DNA of 64,000 bases from Bdellovibrionales bacterium (lineage in GTDB: Bacteria > Bdellovibrionota > Bdellovibrionia > Bdellovibrionales > UBA1609): assembly GCA_965219095.1 (NCBI GenBank), contig CBDCMT010000001.1, forward strand, positions 1,344,001 through 1,408,000, in the 5' to 3' direction. The translations under genes and the position numbers were made by a program. Below the pieces are notes generated by a model, which saw nothing but the letters and a program-made list of their open reading frames with translations, ran no database searches and was not told where the DNA came from. Each line of letters opens with the position of its first letter. Position 1 is the first letter of the stretch. Shown here in pieces: positions 1 through 10,468 of this stretch.

Positions 1-42
1 CTTTCTTTTACCTCCATTTTATGGAGACTTTAAGAGAAAATT

Positions 43-70
43 GACTGTCCGCAGAAACAGGGGAAGTTCA
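43..70. mobile_element. IS3-family-like terminal inverted repeat remnant
   Basis: Reverse complement TGAACTTCCCCTGTTTCTGCGGACAGTC resembles IS3-family TG...CA ends; it truncates the IS110 frame. Confidence 0.4.
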
Positions 71-1423
71 GCTTACCTCACTTCTTCCTAAATACTCTGA
101 TAAGGTTTCTATAAGTCTAGCAGTGTTAATCTTTAACCTCTTTACATACTCGCCCCCCTTGTCTTTTATACACAGAGAAGATGTCTCCTTATGGAAATCA
201 ATCCCTATATAGTGCTTCCGTTTAGGTTTTCAGTTTCCTAAGATAGAGAAGTTATCAGTTATCAAAGTTTCTAATTTAGATCTGTGTTTTCGTATTCCTC
301 TAAAAAATTGACTTAAACTTCCCTTGAAATCGTCATAGTTTTCATAATATCGATTCGCCGTGACCTCTTTTTTCATAAACTTCCAAAGCCTTTCTATAGG
401 ATTTAAATTCGGTGAGTACGGAGGAAGATAAATAAGCTTTATATTCAACTCTTTCGCTAACTTCTTGACAGACTTCGATCTATTGTATCCGGCCCCATCT
501 AAGATAAGATGAATCTCTTTTTCATCGGAATACTTCTTAATGAATATGATAGAGCATATCACATAGAAAAACTTCGTTAACTGTCTTATAACTCCTGACT
601 ACCGTCTTCAAACTATTGATCTCAATAGCTCCACAAACATTCACTCTTTTTCTCCAGCCTGAATTGGTCTTCACTTCAAACTTCTTACCCTCTCTTATCC
701 AACCATATGAAATCGTAGGGCCCCACTCAGGATGTGTGGAATCAGCAAAGTAAACAGGACCGTCTTTCTTCTTAATTCTCTTGTATTTACGCACAAACTT
801 TTTCTGCTCTTCTTTCTTTGCCTTACCCGGTATCGCTGTGGCTTTTTTATAAGAAAAACCAAGGCGATGGAGAAGATCAATTACACCACTTGTTAAAGTA
901 CGTAACACCAAAATTCTCCTCAATGAACTGAATAAGGGCCTGTGATGACGGAAAAATTCTTTTCTCTAATTCCTTTAAAAGCATTTTCTCCTCTTTCTTA
1001 GTTAAAAAGGACCTTTTAGGGTTATAATTGTCGTTGATTAAGCACTCTATCCCACCTTTGTTATAACGATCTCTACAGGCTCTTATCGTGCCCTCATCAA
1101 TGAAAAGAAAGCAGGCAATATCTTTACACAACTTACCTTTATCTAAATGGAGGATTGTCATAATCCTTTTTACGTATTTAAGATTTTTCTCTAGAGATAG
1201 TTCATAGAGTAAATCTTTTCGCTCTTTTTTTGATAGAAACCCTGACATATGAAACTATTTTTAAAAATAAATGACTTTTTATCAAGGCCTTAGAATAAAA
1301 ACTAGACCTCAACTCAAAAAAAACGGAAAACCTAAACGGAAGCACTATATAAAGAATCTGATTGCTATTGATGGGCTCTTTGTCTTTGACGACCTTTGAA
1401 TTATTTTTTGTTACTTGTTTCAT
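71..1423 (-). pseudogene. IS110-family recombinase N-terminal fragment, split by IS630
   Basis: Removing IS630 and one TA copy restores ...NQILYIGIDFHKETSSLCIKDKGGEYVKRLKI..., the first motif of the IS110 DEDD domain; GGAGG RBS upstream of 1423. Confidence 0.75.
210..1347 (-). mobile_element. IS630-family IS, transposase in three frames (877-1248, 537-923, 230-562)
   Basis: IR TAGTGCTTCCGTTTAGGTTTTC at both ends, TA duplication, motifs FADSTH, LDGAGY, LPPYSPNLNPIERLW. Confidence 0.92.
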
Positions 1424-1478
1424 GTTATTTTTCCTCCTTTAGTTGATTTTTGGCTTCTTTTTTGTTACTTTTTTTTAG

Positions 1479-1599
1479 CGTCTACCTCCTCAAACTATGA
1501 GTTCTTAGGCTCGATTTATTTATGAATTTTTCCTTCGGGAAAAAATTCGTTCTTTTAACTTAGGTTAAACAACCTAATTGTGCTTGGGGAGGTTAGACG
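1479..1599 (+). ncRNA. Candidate structured RNA (bridge/seek-RNA-like) in the IS110 non-coding end
   Basis: Closing stem 1479-1493/1584-1599 enclosing three hairpins, one with a C(UUCG)G loop; G-U wobbles favour the + strand. Confidence 0.45.
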
Positions 1600-1618
1600 G
1601 ATCTCCATAGCTAGAAAA

Positions 1619-1649
1619 CTGTCCACTTTTTTTTGGGGGGGAGAGATCA
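1619..1649. mobile_element. IS3-family-like end remnant
   Basis: CTGTCCACTTTTTTTTGGGGGGGAGAGATCA resembles IS3-family IRs. Confidence 0.35.
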
Positions 1650-1747
1650 AAATTGTTTTTTTCAAAGGAAAAATAGTGTTTCATAATAAGACAAAAAAGA
1701 ATTTAAGAACTAAAAGAAGAAAGCCGATAAAGGAGTAAGAGGTTTTT

Positions 1748-2629
1748 ATGAAAGAAGTGATAAAAAAAATCTGTATTTTTTTAGTTTCTTTATCCCTAGC
1801 CCTTCAGGTCTCTTTTAAAGCTCAAGCTAGTGGGAAAAAAGTGGCTTTATTTACTGCAGGAAGTTTTATTGCGTTTTCTGTGTTTACAGGAAAATTAGGA
1901 GTAAAGAAAATTAGTAAGGCTCTATCTTCCAATCCTGTAAACTATGGACTATTAATTATAGGTTACCTTCTTATACGTCAATCAGCAAGGGATAAAAAGA
2001 ATTCGGATAAAAGTAATGATGCCGTTAACATACTTGCATCTCCTGACGATGTAATCGGAGTGGGTAATGATCCTATAAGAAATAAAGCTTTAACAGAAAT
2101 AGCAAATAACAAAAGGAAATTAGAAGCTCTTTTAGAGAAAAATAAAGACAAACTTTCTAAACTTCCCTTTAAATATAATTCTAAAACGAACTCCCTTCAG
2201 TATAGAGATGGTTCTCCTATAGAGGCTAATATTGGTGACCTTAAAAAATTAGGTTTATCAGAAGAAGATGCAAAAAAAGTTCTTAAAGATTTAGAAAAAA
2301 ACTTCCACCTTGCAGCACAGTTAAAAGAACAGTTTTTAAAAAACATACCAAGAACAACAGCAAGCACAGAGAAAAAGGATGACATTATTACTGAAAATGA
2401 AGAAGAAAGTCTATCTCAGATGCTAAAAAATTTAAGCAAAAAAGAAGAGAAAAAAGTAGATGTAAACTCTCTTTATAAAAATATTAATGGAGAAAGAATT
2501 GGGCTTTCTGAGGGCGATATTTTCGAGATGGTTCATAAAATTTACAAAAAACGTCTTGATAACGAAGAATTTTTTCTCGAAGAGAATGAAAAAAAAGGCT
2601 CCTCCCGGGAATCTGTGGGTAAAAAGTAG
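1748..2629 (+). CDS. Hypothetical exported/membrane protein; C-terminus supplied by ISL3 left end
   Basis: 293-aa ORF, signal peptide ending AQA, hydrophobic segments, GAGG RBS. Confidence 0.8.
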   Translation: MKEVIKKICIFLVSLSLALQVSFKAQASGKKVALFTAGSFIAFSVFTGKLGVKKISKALSSNPVNYGLLIIGYLLIRQSARDKKNSDKSNDAVNILASPDDVIGVGNDPIRNKALTEIANNKRKLEALLEKNKDKLSKLPFKYNSKTNSLQYRDGSPIEANIGDLKKLGLSEEDAKKVLKDLEKNFHLAAQLKEQFLKNIPRTTASTEKKDDIITENEEESLSQMLKNLSKKEEKKVDVNSLYKNINGERIGLSEGDIFEMVHKIYKKRLDNEEFFLEENEKKGSSRESVGKK

Positions 2630-2762
2630 CTAGAAATCCCCCAAAAAGGCTCATATTAATCAAAGCAAGAGTAAGACATCCTATCTTGTATTTTTGAGTT
2701 CTTTGAGGCCCTTACTGGCCTCTATCACCTCCGGTGATTGAACTCAAAAACATTCATTTTAT
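2597..2762 (+). mobile_element. ISL3 left-end fragment truncated by IS66
   Basis: GGCTCCTCCCGGGAATCTGTGGGT end matching the other ISL3 copies. Confidence 0.9.
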
Positions 2763-4295
2763 GTAACTGCTCACTCTCGTAAGTTTTTATTTAAAGCCAT
2801 AGAGATGGTTTCTAAAGAAGAATACCCTCTATTTCTCATTGTTTTAACATAGCTGGTAATGCGACAAAAATATTTCGCCATTTCTTCTGTTCTGAAACAC
2901 CCTGACACTTTCTTTTTCACCTTAGTCATTCTTAGATCTCTTTCAGCTCTGTTATTAGTAGGATCTACGTTCTTTCTTTTAGCAAAACACAGTATTTCTG
3001 CTTCATACTTTTTAAATCGCAGCCAAAGGTTTTGAGCTTGTGTATGCTTTATTCGTCCTTTCTTGCCATTTTTCTTAGGAAATTCTGGAAGCTCTTTTAA
3101 GCCTTTTGTAAGAATACTCCTATACCTTCTCTGAAGAGTTTCGTACTCTTTTTGAGTCAGAACTCTTGACTCTTTTTTATGAACTAACTCCACAGTCTCT
3201 TTAAGAAGTTTTTTGAGATTTGTAGCCCATTTGAATCCATTGCTTTCTTCTATAAATTTAAGCTCTCTCAAAAGGTGAGCCACACACAAAGCATGAGTTA
3301 TCTTATCATAACAAAAGTAAGGACTCCAACAATCATGCACAAGCACTCCTGCATATCTATCCAAGAGACCAATATCTTTTATGGCTTCCTTTCCACCTGA
3401 AAGGTGGAGAAACTGCAAGACTAATTCTCCTGAACTATAAGTATGAATCCAGTAGTTTTTACCCTTAACCCTCATAGAGGTCTCATCAACATGAATGACC
3501 TCTGATTCAAGTATCTTTTCTTTCATCTGCTCTTCCCAACTTTTAAGAAACTCTCCTAATTCAGCAATGTATCTCAACATAACTGCAGGAGAAATCATTC
3601 GACCTATAAGCCCCATGTAATGTTCCCCAACACGCTCTAAAAGACAGCATCTGAACTATAATGAAATTGATGATGGAAGCTCTAATGCCTATACCATACT
3701 GAAGAGGACCACTCATACCTTTAGGGAATTGACCTTTATTTCTAGCTCCACATGAGGGACAATCCTTAACTTCAGAAGTTACAGTATGGGTCTGAATTTC
3801 ATAAAAAATATCAATCTTTTTACGCTTCTCAAGGCTTTTTACCTCTGCTGTCTTTAAACACATCCCACACTGAGAACACTCTGAGGGAGAGACAGTCTCC
3901 TCACTGTTTGTATCTTTACTGTTATCAAGTCTAGAGCCCTTTTTCTGACTCCCACTAGCTTTCTTATTACGATTCCCTTGACGACTAAAATCTTGCGAAG
4001 GAGGAAGACCGCTGTTGCTGGAATTTTTTCGAACCTGTTTTTCTAAAAGCACAGCAATCAGAATGTTCACAACCTTAAAGAGAGATTCAACAATCACAGA
4101 AATCTCAGTAGGCACAGAACCTTTCTTTGCAAACTTATCAAAGTCACTTCTTATATTTTCAATCTCATTTCTGATGGAGGTCTTATTTATTGTCATTTGA
4201 AAAAAGTATTTAAAAGAAAATCTGTAAGAGCAAGACTTTTATCTTAAAACAGGTCTAAAGTTAAGGATAACTGAACAATGTAGGTGAGCAGTTAC
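2763..4295 (-). mobile_element. IS66-family (single-ORF, ISBst12-like) IS, frameshifted transposase (3561-4196 + 2771-3616)
   Basis: IR GTAACTGCTCAC, CxxC zinc finger, HVDETS, VHDCW, CVAHLLREL, TNNRAERDLR. Confidence 0.92.
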
Positions 4296-4348
4296 AATAA
4301 AACAACCTTATAAAATCATCTGTTTAAAGTTTCTTGCATAGTAAGTAA

Positions 4349-5865
4349 GCATCCTCAAAAGAATCTGTGGGTTCCCGGAGGTTCTGGCAGTTTTCCAAGG
4401 TTATGATATAAGGCGATTTTTATAGCTTTAGAGGTTCTAAAGCCGTAAGATTTTCTCATAGTGAGTTTTACTTTGTTGTTTAAACCCTCTACAATCCCTG
4501 AGGAGAAGGCTTTTTTAGCCTTGAAGTAATTAAGAATAAGTAGCTTATGTCTTCGTATGGTTTTTGCTTCTCTTTTCATAGGTTCAATTTTTGAAAGCAT
4601 GACTCGTCTCGTCCAACTGTCTATAAATTTACCAGCCCAAGTTGGTGAAACATAGGTCCATAACTGTCGGAAGTCTTCTTTTAAAAAATAACAGCGGATA
4701 CTTTTTAAATTGTACTGTATTAAATGCCTTAATTTTACTTTTTCATAAGATTTTAAATTTTCTGCATTTTTTAACAAGGGCCATCTAGCTTTTGTTAAAA
4801 GGGGTTCATACCCGTCTTCTTTCATTTTTTTGTGTTCTGAAGCTCTCACTTCATCTAAAGCCTTATTGAGTCTTGCTACGATATGAAACCGATCTAATAT
4901 GTGTAAAGCTCCACTTGCCCTCTCCTTTATGACTTTTAAATAAGGCTTCCACATATCAGAACACACAAACCGTATATCTTTTGACTTCTCTCCTAGTAAA
5001 TCAAAGAATTTTCTAAAACTCTTTTCTGTTCTTTTTTCTCCTATCCACAACAAGCGTACACGGGTTTTGCTTATTTCATAGACTAAGGTGAGATACTGAT
5101 GGTTCTTTTTCCATTGTATTTCATCTACACCTATAGCTTGTATTCCCTTTAAAACCCTTTGTTTTAAACCATATTCTACGACCCATTCTACCGAAGCATA
5201 GACCTGATTCCAACTGACATGAAACTTACAAGAAACCTCTTTCCAAGACAGGTGACGACACCAGTCTGCTAAGTACTTCATGTAAAAGATCGTTAAACTC
5301 TTCTTACCATCGGCCCAAGGTAAATGTTCAACTTTTACCCCACAGCAAGGACAATTGACTCTTCTTACAGCATAAACAAAGAACACCCTGTAACTTAAAA
5401 TAGGAAGGGATTCAAAGTCCCATGATGATTTACTGCTGTCATACACTGAACAGGGCTTCTTACAAACACTACAAAAAGCTTGGCCATTTTTACGAGCCTT
5501 AATAGGAACATTAATTGACTTTCTATCTTTTGAAAAATAAATGTCTTCGTACACAAAAGACTTCCATCTTAAACAATCATTTAGTATAGTCTTCAAAAGC
5601 ATCTCTTCCCTCCTTTTTTTTTTTGAATAACATTTTAAGGCATCTGGGAAGTAGGTGCTTCTTTTTTAAAATTTTAATGTAACACAGCAAATAAAAGCAA
5701 ATAAAATGAATGTTTTTGAGTTCAATCGCCAAAGGCGATAGAGGCCAGTAAGGGCCTCAAAGAACTCAAAAATACAAGATAGGATGTCTTACTCTTACTT
5801 TGATTAATATGAGCCTTTTTGGGGGATTTCTACTACTTTTCACCCACAGATTCCCGGGAGGAGCC
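4349..5865 (-). mobile_element. Complete ISL3-family IS
   Basis: About 24-bp imperfect IRs; 8-bp TSD GTAAGTAA (4341-4348, 5866-5873). Confidence 0.95.
4355..5602 (-). CDS. ISL3 transposase (intact)
   Basis: CxxC finger, IGVDE, SDMWKPY, DRFHIV, EGLNNKVK...YGFR. Confidence 0.95.
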   Translation of the reverse strand: MLLKTILNDCLRWKSFVYEDIYFSKDRKSINVPIKARKNGQAFCSVCKKPCSVYDSSKSSWDFESLPILSYRVFFVYAVRRVNCPCCGVKVEHLPWADGKKSLTIFYMKYLADWCRHLSWKEVSCKFHVSWNQVYASVEWVVEYGLKQRVLKGIQAIGVDEIQWKKNHQYLTLVYEISKTRVRLLWIGEKRTEKSFRKFFDLLGEKSKDIRFVCSDMWKPYLKVIKERASGALHILDRFHIVARLNKALDEVRASEHKKMKEDGYEPLLTKARWPLLKNAENLKSYEKVKLRHLIQYNLKSIRCYFLKEDFRQLWTYVSPTWAGKFIDSWTRRVMLSKIEPMKREAKTIRRHKLLILNYFKAKKAFSSGIVEGLNNKVKLTMRKSYGFRTSKAIKIALYHNLGKLPEPPGTHRFF

Positions 5866-6217
5866 GTAAGTAACAATACAAATAATGACTTTATGAGGTG
5901 AGGATAGATAGCTTAATTAGAGTGATATTTATAAAAAATTCATTTCGACGAATAGCACATCCTCTATTCCTGAAATTTACTATAATCTAAGGTTTTAAAT
6001 CTTTGGAATTCATGATTTAAAACTAAAAAAGGTTCAGATAGACGCATAATAGGAATATGTTTGTTTTACAATGTGTAAAGGAAGAGTCATTAAAAATGGA
6101 AAGGAAATGCAGAAAGTTTTCTCTTAGGTGATTAGAATATTCGTGACCGTATACAAAAAAAATTTTTTATATTTTTTGTAAATGGAGAAGTGTTTTTTCT
6201 TGACATACTTTTTGATA

Positions 6218-6304
6218 GACACTCTAAAAATTTAACAGAGTTTGATTAAAAAGCCAGGAGGCTATACGTTAAAAAAATGTCGAATTAATTTTTGGAAATG
6301 GTAT
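6218..6304 (-). mobile_element. Left-end remnant of the second IS630 type
   Basis: Near-identical to 41474-41559. Confidence 0.8.
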
Positions 6305-6354
6305 TATAACAAAGATAGGGGGATCAAAACATGCAACAAAGTCGCCAGAAAATC

Positions 6355-6810
6355 TTAACCTTCTAAAAAACTTCCTACAATTTCACATTCGGAAACAAGT
6401 TTGTCTTTGACTTGACAAAAAGCCTTCATGCAAACCATGGATTTCAAAGAACGAATGACTTCAGCTTGAATTTTTAGAACATCACCTGGCTCAACTAAAG
6501 ACTTAAACTTTGCTTTATCAATTTTAGCTAAAACAAAGTCTTTGGATTCTTTGTCTTTTTGCCCGTCTAAGAGACAAGCTAAAGCAGCTGCCTGACACAT
6601 AGCCTCTATTTGTAAAACTCCTGGCATAATAGGTCTATGAGGAAAGTGGCCCAAGAAAAAAGGCTCATTAAAACTAACATTTTTGATGGCAAGAATGGTG
6701 TTTCCTACTTTATCAGAACTTCCCTTGCTGTCAAATTTTTCTACTCTATCAATCAATAAAAAGGGATATCTATGGGGAAGATGCTTTAGAATCTCTGAAA
6801 GACCTAACAC
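6355..6810 (-). CDS. fabZ: 3-hydroxyacyl-ACP dehydratase
   Basis: LPHRYPFLLID, NEPFFLGHFP..PIMPGVLQIEAMCQ. Confidence 0.97.
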   Translation of the reverse strand: MLGLSEILKHLPHRYPFLLIDRVEKFDSKGSSDKVGNTILAIKNVSFNEPFFLGHFPHRPIMPGVLQIEAMCQAAALACLLDGQKDKESKDFVLAKIDKAKFKSLVEPGDVLKIQAEVIRSLKSMVCMKAFCQVKDKLVSECEIVGSFLEG

Positions 6811-6813
6811 TTT

Positions 6814-7314
6814 TTACCTATGTTTTTTATTGTAAGCTTTTATGATTTCTCCTGTAAGATCTTTTCCTCCCTTAGAGTACAAAACGACCTCTTTATTCAA
6901 AACAAGAACATATTTATGTTTTTTACTATAATCTTCGATGATTTTTTGAATTTTTCCCACCATAGGTAAAGTAAGATCCCTTTCTTTTTTTTGAAGTTCA
7001 GTTTGAGCCTGAGATAAAGATTTATCGTAATTAACTTTTGCCATTTGGTGTTGTGCTACTTTATCCTCGAAAGCTTTTTTAGAGAGAATCCCTCTTTGTT
7101 TTTGAAGAGCTTTAAACTCAGCTTCAAGTTTTTTTCCTTCACGTTGAAGGATTTTTTTTCTTTTGTTAAAGAATTTTTCCAAACTTTTTTTAGCTCTTTT
7201 TCCTTCTTTAGTGACTCCTATTACAAGACTTACATTGACAAAGCCTGTTTTTGAAGTTTCAGAAAACGACGAAACACTCAAAGCTAAAATCACAAATATA
7301 ATTATTTTTTTCAT
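6814..7314 (-). CDS. skp: OmpH/Skp periplasmic chaperone
   Basis: Signal peptide, basic coiled coil, GFVN and DLT..IIK motifs, located after bamA. Confidence 0.9.
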   Translation of the reverse strand: MKKIIIFVILALSVSSFSETSKTGFVNVSLVIGVTKEGKRAKKSLEKFFNKRKKILQREGKKLEAEFKALQKQRGILSKKAFEDKVAQHQMAKVNYDKSLSQAQTELQKKERDLTLPMVGKIQKIIEDYSKKHKYVLVLNKEVVLYSKGGKDLTGEIIKAYNKKHR

Positions 7315-7364
7315 AACAACTCCTTTAGGTAATAAAATACAATCCCTTTACTTATAAAAGTATA

Positions 7365-9680
7365 CTAAAAAGACGGCCCCATCAAAATATAAGGTTGACT
7401 CGATGAGTTATTCTCGTCCCCTATAGGAAAACCCCAACCAAAACGTAAAGGACCAATAGGAAGCAACATAAGTATTTCAAAACCAAAGTTACTACGTAAC
7501 TTGTCTAAGTCAAAATTGTTGCCTGCTGTTCCTATATCGTAAAAAACAGAACCAAAAAAATTCAACTCTTTAAAAATAGGAAACTGAAGCTCTGTATTAA
7601 GGTAAAACTGTTGTGTCCCTCCGTAAGCTACTGTAGCTAGAGCTGTAGCTTGTTCTTCTGTTATATCCTCCCTTTCTTTAAGAAGTTTGTCTCTGTAGGC
7701 TTTTGACAATTTTTTAGGGCCTATAGCAGACCAAGAATATCCCCTTAGGCTAAAAGGCCCTCCTACTAACAAAAGCTCATCAAAAGGAATTTTTTCTCCT
7801 AATAAAACGCTATAAGACATGTTATTTCTCCAAATCAGACCTTCTGAAACCTTTTTATAAAATCTGTAATTAGATTGGACTTTTGAATAGGATGTGCTAC
7901 TTCCAGTAAGGTTTGTGAAGACAAAACCCACACTTGCATAATGACCTTTTGTTGTGATAAATCTATCGTTTCTTCCATCGTAAGCTATCCTAACATCAGC
8001 AATCCTTCGATTTTTATTGGCTAAACTAATATCGTAAATATCGGCTAAAGTTTCATCCCCCAGTTTAGTACTTATGGCATTAAGAGAAAACCCTCCAGAA
8101 ACAACTACATGAGATGAAAGATAGCGTCCTGAACGCAGGCCTATACTATTTTTTGTACGTGAAAAAAGAGTGATATTTCTTGAGCGAGAAAAACTACTGC
8201 GAGATAACTCAAAAGTCGCAAAATACTTAGAGCTTAAAAAATAAGGCTCTGTGAAAGAAAATTCAAAAAAATTAGATACACGGGATGCTAAGTTAAAACT
8301 TAAATCAAAGATCTGCCCTTTTCCTAAAAAATTCTGTTCTTTTATCTGACCTGTAAAAGAAAAGCCTTGAGAAGGAGCATAAGTCCCTCCAACATTAATA
8401 AACCCCGTATGAGGTCTTTCTTTCACAAAGATTTCTATATCCACTTCTTTTTTTTTCGTTTTAGACAGTTTGTTATTCAAATTGATCTGATTGGGCTCGA
8501 AAAATCCAAGTCTCCTTAAATTAATTTTAGAGGCTGTTTTTTCTTTTTCGCTGTAAAGACTTCCTTCTTCTATATCTAACTCTCTTAAAAGAACATAATC
8601 CCTTGTATGATGATTTCCTTTGATAGAAAACCTTCCAAAGTTAAATTTCTGTCCTATTTCAATTTTGAATTTGACATAAACTTTATCTCCTTTAAAGGTT
8701 TCTAAAGGTATCACATTACAAAAAGCGTATCCATAATCCCCGTACAGAGATTTAATGCTAAGAAGTGTTTTTACCATGTCTCCGTAGGAATAAGGACCTC
8801 CTAGTTTGAGTTTAACAAGAGGCTTTAGATCATTTTTAGACAGAAACCCATTGTTGATAAAGTCAAAACCTCCTAAATAATACTTTTTTCCCTCTTCAAT
8901 TCTAAAAACTATACTTAAAGAAGATTTATCTTGACTCACAAACACTTGGGGTGGAAGAATTTTCACTTGCAGGTAACCTTCATTTAAATACATGAAATTC
9001 AATCGTTCAAAATCTCTTTCTAAAGCTTCTTTTTTATAAGTACTACCACCAAAAAGAGAGGAAAAAAGACCTGAGCTTGTCTTTGTTTCTATGTTTTCTT
9101 TCAAACGCTCTGTAGGTATTTTCTGATTTCCAAAAAATTGAATCTCTTCAATTTGAATTCTATTGTTCTCTTCGATGGTAAAGACAAGATTGGTTTGATC
9201 TTTTTTTCTTCTTTCGAGTTTGTAAGAAATTTTAACTAAAAAGAAGCCCTCTTCTTCGTACATTTTTTTCATCTCGTTTATGAAGTTTAAAATCTGATCG
9301 GCATCAAAAATACGAAGATCCTTAATGGATAATTTCTCTATCAGTTCACTGTCCTCAAACTCATCATTCCCTTCAAAAACAATGGATGAGATCATAGGTT
9401 TTTCTTTAAATTCATAAGTGAGAATAACTCCTGAAGCACTTTTTTTTCTACTAACTTTTATGTCGAAGAAAAACCCTGTAGAAAAAAGAGCTTTTACATC
9501 TTGTGTAACTTTTTTTAATGAATAATCTTTTCCCTTTTTTAAAGACATTTTTGATCGCACAACTGAAACCTGGACCCTTTTTAATCCTTTGATGCGAACT
9601 TCCTTGATGATAAGAGCTTTAGCAAAAACGGAGGTACTCAGCAAGGTGAAAAAACAAAAAAAATAAAACAGTTTTCTCAT
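7365..9680 (-). CDS. bamA: Outer membrane protein assembly factor BamA
   Basis: POTRA repeats, LRGY motif, PIGPLRFGWGFP, C-terminal F; start inferred at MRKLF. Confidence 0.95.
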   Translation of the reverse strand: MRKLFYFFCFFTLLSTSVFAKALIIKEVRIKGLKRVQVSVVRSKMSLKKGKDYSLKKVTQDVKALFSTGFFFDIKVSRKKSASGVILTYEFKEKPMISSIVFEGNDEFEDSELIEKLSIKDLRIFDADQILNFINEMKKMYEEEGFFLVKISYKLERRKKDQTNLVFTIEENNRIQIEEIQFFGNQKIPTERLKENIETKTSSGLFSSLFGGSTYKKEALERDFERLNFMYLNEGYLQVKILPPQVFVSQDKSSLSIVFRIEEGKKYYLGGFDFINNGFLSKNDLKPLVKLKLGGPYSYGDMVKTLLSIKSLYGDYGYAFCNVIPLETFKGDKVYVKFKIEIGQKFNFGRFSIKGNHHTRDYVLLRELDIEEGSLYSEKEKTASKINLRRLGFFEPNQINLNNKLSKTKKKEVDIEIFVKERPHTGFINVGGTYAPSQGFSFTGQIKEQNFLGKGQIFDLSFNLASRVSNFFEFSFTEPYFLSSKYFATFELSRSSFSRSRNITLFSRTKNSIGLRSGRYLSSHVVVSGGFSLNAISTKLGDETLADIYDISLANKNRRIADVRIAYDGRNDRFITTKGHYASVGFVFTNLTGSSTSYSKVQSNYRFYKKVSEGLIWRNNMSYSVLLGEKIPFDELLLVGGPFSLRGYSWSAIGPKKLSKAYRDKLLKEREDITEEQATALATVAYGGTQQFYLNTELQFPIFKELNFFGSVFYDIGTAGNNFDLDKLRSNFGFEILMLLPIGPLRFGWGFPIGDENNSSSQPYILMGPSF

Positions 9681-9784
9681 AGAAACTTTTCTGAGATTAA
9701 CGAGAAAGTGTCCGTTTGTCAAAGTCAGAAAACATGGACCTATCTCCCTAACAACTTAAAATGATAGTTTTTTTAGCCACGCCC

Positions 9785-10468
9785 TCAAGATAAAGCCCAG
9801 GAGCCATCCTTAAGATTCAAAAGACGACTAAAACAAGAAGCAAACTCCCAATCATGGGTGACGCAAATGAGGGCAAAATTTCTCATTTTATGAATTTCAA
9901 AAAAAAGCTCTTCTATCATGCGACTGTTATAGCTATCTAGATTACCTGTAGGTTCATCGGCCAAGAGAATTTCAGGTTCATTGAAAAGAGCTCTTGCCAC
10001 AGCTACTCTTTGTTTTTCTCCCCCTGAGAGTTGAGAAGGGTAGTGTCTAACCCTATGAGCTAAATCTAAAGTTTTTAAAAGCTCATAGGCCTTAGACTCT
10101 ATTACTTTAAGATCTTTATAAGCAATGCGTCCCGGTAACATCACATTCTCTAAGGCTGTAAGCTCTGGTATAAGATGATGAAACTGAAACACAAAGCCTA
10201 GTTTTTGGTTTCTAAACAAAGCTAACTGTTTGTCTTTTTTTAAAAACAAATCTTCGTTGCGGTAAAACACTTTACCTTTTGTAGGAACATCTAAAGTGCC
10301 AAGAATGTGAAGCAAAGTGCTTTTTCCAGCACCTGAAGCCCCTACAATGCATAACGATTCACGCTCTCTTACGTCTAGGTCTAAACCCTTTAAAACCTCT
10401 AACTTCTTATTATCATGGGTTTGAAAGGATTTAAAAAGGTGTTCTACCGACAATAGCATTTCACTCAT
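9785..10468 (-). CDS. lolD: Lipoprotein-releasing ABC ATPase LolD
   Basis: GASGAGKST, GFVFQFHHL, LSGGEKQR, DEPTGNLD. Confidence 0.93.
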   Translation of the reverse strand: MSEMLLSVEHLFKSFQTHDNKKLEVLKGLDLDVRERESLCIVGASGAGKSTLLHILGTLDVPTKGKVFYRNEDLFLKKDKQLALFRNQKLGFVFQFHHLIPELTALENVMLPGRIAYKDLKVIESKAYELLKTLDLAHRVRHYPSQLSGGEKQRVAVARALFNEPEILLADEPTGNLDSYNSRMIEELFFEIHKMRNFALICVTHDWEFASCFSRLLNLKDGSWALS

